A stretch of DNA of 64,000 nt from an uncultured delta proteobacterium (GTDB lineage: Bacteria > Myxococcota_A > Polyangia > Polyangiales > Polyangiaceae): contig CAVOKF010000007.1 in assembly GCA_963696385.1 (NCBI GenBank), positions 320,001-384,000 on the forward strand, in the 5' to 3' direction. The translations under genes and the position numbers were made by a program. The number at the start of each line of letters is the position of its first letter. The stretch's first letter is position 1. Of the stretch, positions 57,932 to 64,000 are shown piece by piece. Under the pieces are notes generated by a model, which made no database searches, was not told the DNA's origin, and was given only the letters and a program-made list of their open reading frames with translations.

Positions 57932-58777
57932 TTACTGGAAATTCTGCGCGAACAACTCCGTGGCTCTCGCGGCCACCACGCCCATCAGCTGATCCTCGGA
58001 GGTGCTGTCGCCCGCCCGAACGCCGGACAGCGTCGCTCCCGCCGGAACCTCACCGCGAAGATCTTTGCCCGGGTAGGAGAATACCGCGATCTTGACTCGA
58101 ACCCGCAGTCCGTCGCCCGAGTAATCGAACGGATCCACGCTCACGGAAAGGAAGTAGCCCTTGAGATGCCGTTTCGTCACCACCAGTCGGGCCGCTTCCG
58201 ACGTCTCGCGCATCGGTGCCATCGCGTAGCCACCCACCTCGGCCAACTTGGACGCAATGGCATCGTGCACGATGCGCTCGACGTCGCTCGAATCGCGCGA
58301 CGAATGGTTCACGATTTTCGAAACCGACACATAGAATCGCGGGGTGGCGACGGCTGCCCCCCTCGATCCTTCGACCGGCACTTCTTGCGCCGCTTCGAGG
58401 GCGTCGATCGCGCGGTCGATTTGCTGCTTGACCGAAGGCTTGACTTCGACGGCCAATCGGGCCCTCAAACACGGCAGCGATGCCGCCCGCGCGAGGCGCT
58501 TGAGGGCCACCGCGACGGCCTGCCGCACGACATCGCTCGGATCGGTCAACCCCCCGCACAACGGAGCGATGGCGGCGTCGTCGTGGGTGGCCCCGAGCGC
58601 GAGAGCGGCGTTCGTTCGAACGCGGAAGTCGTCCGGCTCGCCCACGGCCGGGGGATACTTCATGCGCTCGGCGAGAAACTGGACGCGCCCATCGGCCAGG
58701 CTGGGCGCGGCGATGAGAAGCCACCCCAGGATCGGCAGGACTCGGATCGCGCCTTTGGCCCTCGATCGCCAAGACAT
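57932..58777 (-). CDS. Exported HEAT-repeat protein
   Basis: 3' part of ORF 57932..61372. Signal peptide (..APSLA/D), DFRVRTNAALALG...LTDPSDVVRQAVAVAL and an alpha/beta C-domain. Confidence 0.75.
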   Translation of the reverse strand: MSWRSRAKGAIRVLPILGWLLIAAPSLADGRVQFLAERMKYPPAVGEPDDFRVRTNAALALGATHDDAAIAPLCGGLTDPSDVVRQAVAVALKRLARAASLPCLRARLAVEVKPSVKQQIDRAIDALEAAQEVPVEGSRGAAVATPRFYVSVSKIVNHSSRDSSDVERIVHDAIASKLAEVGGYAMAPMRETSEAARLVVTKRHLKGYFLSVSVDPFDYSGDGLRVRVKIAVFSYPGKDLRGEVPAGATLSGVRAGDSTSEDQLMGVVAARATELFAQNFQ

Positions 58778-58801
58778 GCCCATCCCACATGCGACGGCGC
58801 C

Positions 58802-60670
58802 GTGAGCGCAAGCGTGCCTTCGGGAGCCGGCACCCACCCTGGGCGCCCTCGCAACCGCCGGTTCGCCATCGGTCGGCTTACCTTCGCACTGATCGTCAGC
58901 CTGGCCCGGACCGCGCAGCCTCACGTGATGTTTCCCTCGTATGCGACCTACGGCGCGCCTCGAATCCAGCTGAAGGGCCACGCTCGGGTGGAAGCCACGG
59001 TCACGACCGCCTCCAAGGGGTCCGTCACGATCCTCACGGGAACCGTCACCGACGACGCGTCGAACGCCGCTCCCGCGCGCGTCGCGCTCCGCGTCGTTCA
59101 CGCGACCGACGCCGGAGCCAACGACCGGGATGCGGACGTCGCGATCGCCTCGGCCTCGCCGGAGTCCTGCGGCCCTTCGAGGGACGGCGCAGGGCGAATC
59201 GCCATCGAAACGTCCACGCGGCTGGTTCTGTGGACCGACGCCTCCGCGCGGTTTTGCGTCCGGCTCGTCCTGGTGCCGGATCGCTACGTCGCGATCCTCG
59301 ACGTGAGCGGTGCACCCTGGCTCGACGACGCGACGATCGCCGTGCCGTTCGATCTGTTGCGCAAAAACCTGACGCTCACCTTCGATCCGGAGCCTTCGGC
59401 ACTCTCGATCGACGACAACGCCGTCGCGATCGTCGTCGCAGCCTCGACCGAGGAGGAGGGCCGCACGAAGCCCGCGGCCGACCTGACGATTCAGCTCTCG
59501 GCGGAAACCGGACGCGGGATCGGTCGTGCCACGACGGATGCATCCGGACGTGCGCGCTTCTCGGTGCCGATCTCCGAGATCGGACCTCCGGGGCCCGGCG
59601 AGCTGCGGGCCACTTTCTCGGGCGATGCGGACACCGAACCCGCCACTCGGGTCACGTCGGTCGAGCGACGCACGGTCGTCCGTCTGATCGCGCCCGACGC
59701 GCGCGCAGGGCTGCTGCCCGCCGGGGGTCCAGAGGACGGAATCCGTCTGCGCGTGCGGGCGATCGCCGATTGTTCGTCTCGTGGATGCCGCACGATGCCG
59801 TCCGGCATCGTGACGGCACGCGTCGAGGACACCGTCGTAGGCGCCGCAGCCCTCGTGGACGGCGAAGCCCGCCTCGCGGTCCACGTTGCGGCGCCGGACG
59901 TCCGGCCCGTCGCGATCGCCCTTCGTTACGTTTCGGGCGCGCCTTGGTTTCGGACCTCCGGCGATCTCCTCGTCGTGCAGCCGGTCCGTGGCCCGAGCCG
60001 CTGGGGCCGGATCGGCATCGTGCTGGCCGGTTTGGCAGCACTCGCATGGTTTGTGGCGATGCGAATTCGGATCCCGGCACGGCGCGATCCGATGCGGCCG
60101 GCAGGTGACCCCGGCCCGATCGTAGCGGGGATCCGCCAGGTCGAAGCGGACCCCTCGACGGGGGGCTGGAGAGGTCGGATTGTGGACGCTCATGATAGCG
60201 GCTGCATTTCCGGCGCAACGGTCCGTGTCGAGCGAGCCACCTTCACGACAAGCGAGGTCATCGCTCAGGTTCTGTCCGACAGCCGAGGAGAGTTCAGCCT
60301 GCCTCTGGAGCACGCACTGCCGAGCGACCGGCTGGTCATCGAGTCGGCGCATCATGTCGAGTTGGAGCACCCGCTGCCGCGTCGGGGGGTTCTCGAAATC
60401 GCCTTGGTCCTCCGACGACGCGCCCTGCTCGATCGTCTGGTCGATTGGGCGCGCAGGCGAGGAAGCCCGTTCGATGCGCGCCCGGAGCCCACCCCCGGCC
60501 AGGTCCGGGTAGCGGCCTCTTCGGAACCGACCGTCGCACGATGGGCCGATGCGGTCGAACGCGCCGCCTTCGGGGGGGTCCAAGTGGACTCGGCCGCGCA
60601 AGCCGAGGTGGACCGTCTCGACCCCGACGCACCGCCCGAAGCGACGGCCCGATCGGAGCGAGTACGTTGA
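58802..60670 (+). CDS. Membrane protein with Ig-like / carboxypeptidase-regulatory-like domains
   Basis: Beta-rich repeats (ATTDASGRARF, LRATFSGD), a TM (IGIVLAGLAALAWFV) and GRIVDAH....ISGATVRV...SDSRGEFSL. Start uncertain. Confidence 0.7.
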   Translation: MSASVPSGAGTHPGRPRNRRFAIGRLTFALIVSLARTAQPHVMFPSYATYGAPRIQLKGHARVEATVTTASKGSVTILTGTVTDDASNAAPARVALRVVHATDAGANDRDADVAIASASPESCGPSRDGAGRIAIETSTRLVLWTDASARFCVRLVLVPDRYVAILDVSGAPWLDDATIAVPFDLLRKNLTLTFDPEPSALSIDDNAVAIVVAASTEEEGRTKPAADLTIQLSAETGRGIGRATTDASGRARFSVPISEIGPPGPGELRATFSGDADTEPATRVTSVERRTVVRLIAPDARAGLLPAGGPEDGIRLRVRAIADCSSRGCRTMPSGIVTARVEDTVVGAAALVDGEARLAVHVAAPDVRPVAIALRYVSGAPWFRTSGDLLVVQPVRGPSRWGRIGIVLAGLAALAWFVAMRIRIPARRDPMRPAGDPGPIVAGIRQVEADPSTGGWRGRIVDAHDSGCISGATVRVERATFTTSEVIAQVLSDSRGEFSLPLEHALPSDRLVIESAHHVELEHPLPRRGVLEIALVLRRRALLDRLVDWARRRGSPFDARPEPTPGQVRVAASSEPTVARWADAVERAAFGGVQVDSAAQAEVDRLDPDAPPEATARSERVR

Positions 60671-60730
60671 CGGCGATCGCCCGGGATCCGTATAGTCGCG
60701 CGCCCCGCCGCGACTGGCGGAATTTGCCCG

Positions 60731-61936
60731 ATGATCACTGTCGTCATCCTCGTCGCGCTCGTCGTCGTGGTCGGCGCGTTCGCCGTCGGTCTCGCGCGGT
60801 GGCGTGCCGTCTCCGGGCTCCAGACGACGGCCGAATCGCCGTTGACCCGCCAACCACCGCCTCCGCTGATCCCCCAGAAGAATCGCGAGTCGACGCCTGG
60901 GATTCCCATCACCGAGTCTCTCCCCGAGTCGGACGTCGTTTCCGACCGCGGACGTGTAGCCCCCGCCAAAGCCAGCCTCGCCGAGGCGCCCCCACCGGTC
61001 AAGAAAGACATCGCCGGCCTGCGCAAAGGACTGGCCGCGACGCGCGGCGGTTTCATCGCCAAGTTGACGGCCCTGTTTCAGGGCAAAAAGGAGTTTGACC
61101 CGGCGATCCTCGAGCAGCTGGAAGAGGTGATGCTCGCAAGCGACGTCGGGCCCAAGACGACCCAATCCATCCTGGCGCGTTTGCGCGAGTCGCTGGGTCG
61201 AAACGAACTGCGGGACGCGGATACGATGTGGGCAGCCCTGCGCGCCGAAGCAACCCGCATTCTCACGATCGGCGAAGGGGCTATCCGCGTATCGACGAAA
61301 CCAACCGTCGTATTGATGGTGGGCGTAAACGGTGTGGGGAAAACAACGACGATCGGAAAGCTCGCAACGCATTACACATCAATCAATAAAAAAGTGGTGT
61401 TGGCGGCCGGCGACACTTTTCGCGCTGCCGCCGTTCAACAGCTCGAGATTTGGGGTAAACGGGTAGGCGTCGAAGTCGTCCGCGGCAAAGAGGGCGCTGA
61501 CCCCGGAGCCGTGGCCTTCGACGCCACGACGCGGGCCAAAGAAGTGGGCGCGGATCTGCTCTTGGTCGATACGGCGGGGCGACTGCATACGAAGGTTCCC
61601 CTGATGGACGAAATCAAAAAAGTTCGAAAGACGATCGGAAAGGCCCTGGAAGGGGCCCCCCACGAAACGTTGCTCGTGCTCGACGCCACGACCGGGCAGA
61701 ATGCGCTTCAACAGGCTTCGATGTTTCGAGACGCCTTGGACTTGACCGGGATCGTGTTGACGAAATTGGACGGCACGGCCAAGGGGGGCATCGTGCTCGC
61801 AATCTGTGACGAATTGCGCGTTCCGGTGCGTTATGTGGGTCTCGGGGAGCGCGCCGAAGACTTGCGCGAGTTTCACGCCGACGAGTTCGTGGAGGCCTTG
61901 TTCGGCAGGGGCGAGGAGGAAGTCGCCGCTGCGTGA
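60731..61936 (+). CDS. ftsY: Signal recognition particle receptor FtsY
   Basis: GVNGVGKTTTIGKLA, DTFRAAA, DTAGR, DATTGQN, TKLDGTAKGG and an N-terminal TM. Confidence 0.97.
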   Translation: MITVVILVALVVVVGAFAVGLARWRAVSGLQTTAESPLTRQPPPPLIPQKNRESTPGIPITESLPESDVVSDRGRVAPAKASLAEAPPPVKKDIAGLRKGLAATRGGFIAKLTALFQGKKEFDPAILEQLEEVMLASDVGPKTTQSILARLRESLGRNELRDADTMWAALRAEATRILTIGEGAIRVSTKPTVVLMVGVNGVGKTTTIGKLATHYTSINKKVVLAAGDTFRAAAVQQLEIWGKRVGVEVVRGKEGADPGAVAFDATTRAKEVGADLLLVDTAGRLHTKVPLMDEIKKVRKTIGKALEGAPHETLLVLDATTGQNALQQASMFRDALDLTGIVLTKLDGTAKGGIVLAICDELRVPVRYVGLGERAEDLREFHADEFVEALFGRGEEEVAAA

Positions 61937-62169
61937 GAATCCGAACCGCACGCGGCCGGTGCCTCCGGCACCTGCCGCTCTCGCCCCCAACACTCTCTCA
62001 AGACATCCGTCGCCCCGAGACCCGGCGCTCGAGGGTGGCATCGAGCGCCGCTCGAGGGCGCAGCTGATTCATTGTGACATGATCCGGGCCAACACCGACT
62101 CAAACAAACCGATACCGGCCGTGGGTGGAGATTTTGGGACTTGATCCAGCGGCTTGACACTTAATCCCG

Positions 62170-62199
62170 TTGCTCAGCCGAAATCGCGCTGATATAGTC
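62170..62199 (+). promoter_or_regulatory. Candidate sigma-70 promoter for the beta-barrel genes
   Basis: TTGCTC-18bp-TATAGT with TG upstream of the -10, in an AT-richer intergenic stretch. Confidence 0.35.
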
Positions 62200-62335
62200 G
62201 CGCTCTCTTTTGCTGTAAGCCTGATTCCCCAACAATTTTGATAGTTTAGCACGACCTGTCGTGATGATGACTGTGTGGCCGTTTCGTTGGAGCAGGCGGC
62301 CAAACAACGCCTCGAAGGATGCAGAAGGGGTAGCG

Positions 62336-63409
62336 ATGAAGCAGGCTCGCAGGTGGCTTCTACTGGCGGCAGCCATGGTGCTCGTGCCGCAAGCGGCACA
62401 CGCGCAGAAGAAGCCCACCAAGGGCGGGAACAACGGGGCCGCTACGGCCGCCCCCACCGGCGGAAGCCCCGCCCCCGCAGACGCAGATGCCGAACCATCC
62501 GCAACGCCGGCGACACCGCCTGCCGCGGGGGATCAAACGACCGCCGCTCCAGGCGCTCCGGCCACCCCGGGTGCGCCGGCCGCGGGCGAGCTCGCCGCGC
62601 CGGGCGGCGAAGCCGCCGGGACGCCCGACATCTGCCAGATCACCCCCGACGCGCCGCAGTGCCAGGTCGCGAAGGAAATCAATCTGAATACGGAGGCGAA
62701 GAAGTCGATACGAGCGGAGGTCTACGCCGTACAGCAGCAGTACGTCATCAAGGCCCACAGGCTCGAGATCATGCCGTACTTCGCGTTCACGCTGAACGAC
62801 CAGTTCGTCAGTCACGACGCGCCCGGCCTTGCCCTCAACTATTACATTACCCAGGTGCTCGCCGTCGGTCTCAATGGAAATTGGTACGGTGGACTGAATT
62901 CCAACTCGGATTTCGATTTCGAGGTTCGCCGCTCCGCCATCATCGAGGTTCCGCTGAATGACTACCAGGCGAGCGGCGACCTGAACTTCACCTACGTACC
63001 GATGTACGGCAAGTTTGCTGGCTTCGGCGACTTCATATTCAACTACGACGCCTACATCGAGGGGGGCGTTGGTCTCATTCGCACCAAACCGATTCCGGTC
63101 ATCGACCCCGATAACCGCAAGTTCGACTGGAACAACCTCGTCGACTTCGACGTCGGCATCGGCTTCCGAATCTTCTTCAATCGCTGGCTCGCGGCGATCA
63201 TCGAGGTGCGAGACATCATGTTCTTCGACAAGATCGAGAACTATAAGGTCGCCAGCGGTGCCACGACGTTGCCGTTGAACAGTCCGCAAAATCCGCTGAA
63301 TCCGGCGACTTGGTACGACCCGAGCACGCACTTCACGAACGACGTTCAGCTGCAGGTCGGCCTGTCGTTCTTCTTGCCAACCTCCTTCGACTACCGGTTG
63401 CCCAAGTGA
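62336..63409 (+). CDS. Myxobacterial outer-membrane beta-barrel protein, GltA/GltB family
   Basis: Signal peptide (..AAHA/Q), Pro/Ala linker, AVQQQYVIKAHRLEI.P....LNDQF, YVPMYGKFA and terminal strand VGLSFFLP. Confidence 0.8.
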   Translation: MKQARRWLLLAAAMVLVPQAAHAQKKPTKGGNNGAATAAPTGGSPAPADADAEPSATPATPPAAGDQTTAAPGAPATPGAPAAGELAAPGGEAAGTPDICQITPDAPQCQVAKEINLNTEAKKSIRAEVYAVQQQYVIKAHRLEIMPYFAFTLNDQFVSHDAPGLALNYYITQVLAVGLNGNWYGGLNSNSDFDFEVRRSAIIEVPLNDYQASGDLNFTYVPMYGKFAGFGDFIFNYDAYIEGGVGLIRTKPIPVIDPDNRKFDWNNLVDFDVGIGFRIFFNRWLAAIIEVRDIMFFDKIENYKVASGATTLPLNSPQNPLNPATWYDPSTHFTNDVQLQVGLSFFLPTSFDYRLPK

Positions 63410-63429
63410 GAACCCAGACAAGGACGACG

Positions 63430-64000
63430 ATGAACCGGCGTTTCATCCGTGCGGTGTTGGCCTCCGTCGCGGCCGCTGCCGCACTGTTGTTGCCGGCTCG
63501 ACCGGCGCAGGCACAGGAGCTTCAGCTGACCGGACCGCTCAAGGGTGCGCCCGCGGTTCGACACCTGCGGCTGTATCGCAAGGGCCGCCTCGAAATCTCG
63601 CCGTCGGCTTCGTTCACGCTGCTGGACGAATACCGGCGGACCATCTTGGCGGGCGCCCAGATCAACTACGCGATCACGGATTGGCTGGCGATCGGCGCGT
63701 GGGGCGCAGCGGGAGTGGTCAGCTCGGCGACCAAGCTCACGACCGAGATCGACGAGACGGCTCCGCGCGACATACGGACGGCGACGCAGGTCGATCACAG
63801 CACGTCGCCCTATGGGGGCCAGGCCTCGTTCACCGATCAGACGGCCCGAATCAACTACATCATCGCCCCGCAGCTCACGTTCATTCCGTTCCGCGGCAAG
63901 CTCGCTATTTTCAACAAGATCTTCGTCGACAGCGATCTGTACCTCGCCGCCGGCGTGGCCTTCGTTGGAATCAAGGAACGCGCGAGTTGCGGAGGAACGA
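63430..64000 (+). CDS. Second GltA/GltB-family outer-membrane beta-barrel protein (3' truncated by window)
   Basis: Not in the ORF track. Hand translation gives MNRRFIRAVLASVAAAAALLLPARPAQA/QELQLTGPL..APAVR..RLYRKGRLEISP..SFTLLDEY...FIPFRGKLAIF. Confidence 0.8.
   Translation, partial: MNRRFIRAVLASVAAAAALLLPARPAQAQELQLTGPLKGAPAVRHLRLYRKGRLEISPSASFTLLDEYRRTILAGAQINYAITDWLAIGAWGAAGVVSSATKLTTEIDETAPRDIRTATQVDHSTSPYGGQASFTDQTARINYIIAPQLTFIPFRGKLAIFNKIFVDSDLYLAAGVAFVGIKERASCGGT

Noticed and set aside
58778..61372. N-terminal extension of ORF 57932..61372
   Set aside because: It is antisense to ftsY and the upstream membrane protein; only the last roughly 280 codons look like a protein.
61937..62335. 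SRP RNA or 6S RNA after ftsY
   Set aside because: No SRP domain-IV-like motif or long rod hairpin was seen by eye; an Rfam scan would be needed to exclude it fully.

Overview
GC-rich myxobacterial DNA. The gene content (Glt proteins, MYXO-CTERM tails, Cys-rich lipoproteins) points to Myxococcota, probably a Polyangiaceae/Sorangium-like lineage; this is an inference. The left half (1-32 kb) is a mosaic. It holds a patatin, Cys-rich surface proteins, an FrgA-like MshEN/HEAT protein, the tetrapyrrole genes (cobA-like/hemD fusion and hemB), an orphan DNA methyltransferase and ribE-ribB(X)-ribH-nusB. It also holds an AbrB antitoxin with an internally deleted PIN toxin, a sedolisin, a di-heme cytochrome c-rhodanese / UBP zinc finger / cNMP-TrxR-like trio, pfkA, a GDT1 transporter, an amidase and an FHA sigma-54 activator. 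The right half (32-64 kb) is a gliding-motility locus: gltC-D-E-F-G, an extra TPR lipoprotein, a giant gltI/agmK-like gene, a divergent gltK/cglC, and two Glt-type outer-membrane beta-barrel genes after ftsY. Two single-base frameshifts (SRPBCC gene, hemD) look like sequencing indels. No tRNA, rRNA, CRISPR array or transposase was recognised. All calls come from reading motifs by eye; no database search was run, and several start codons are best guesses.
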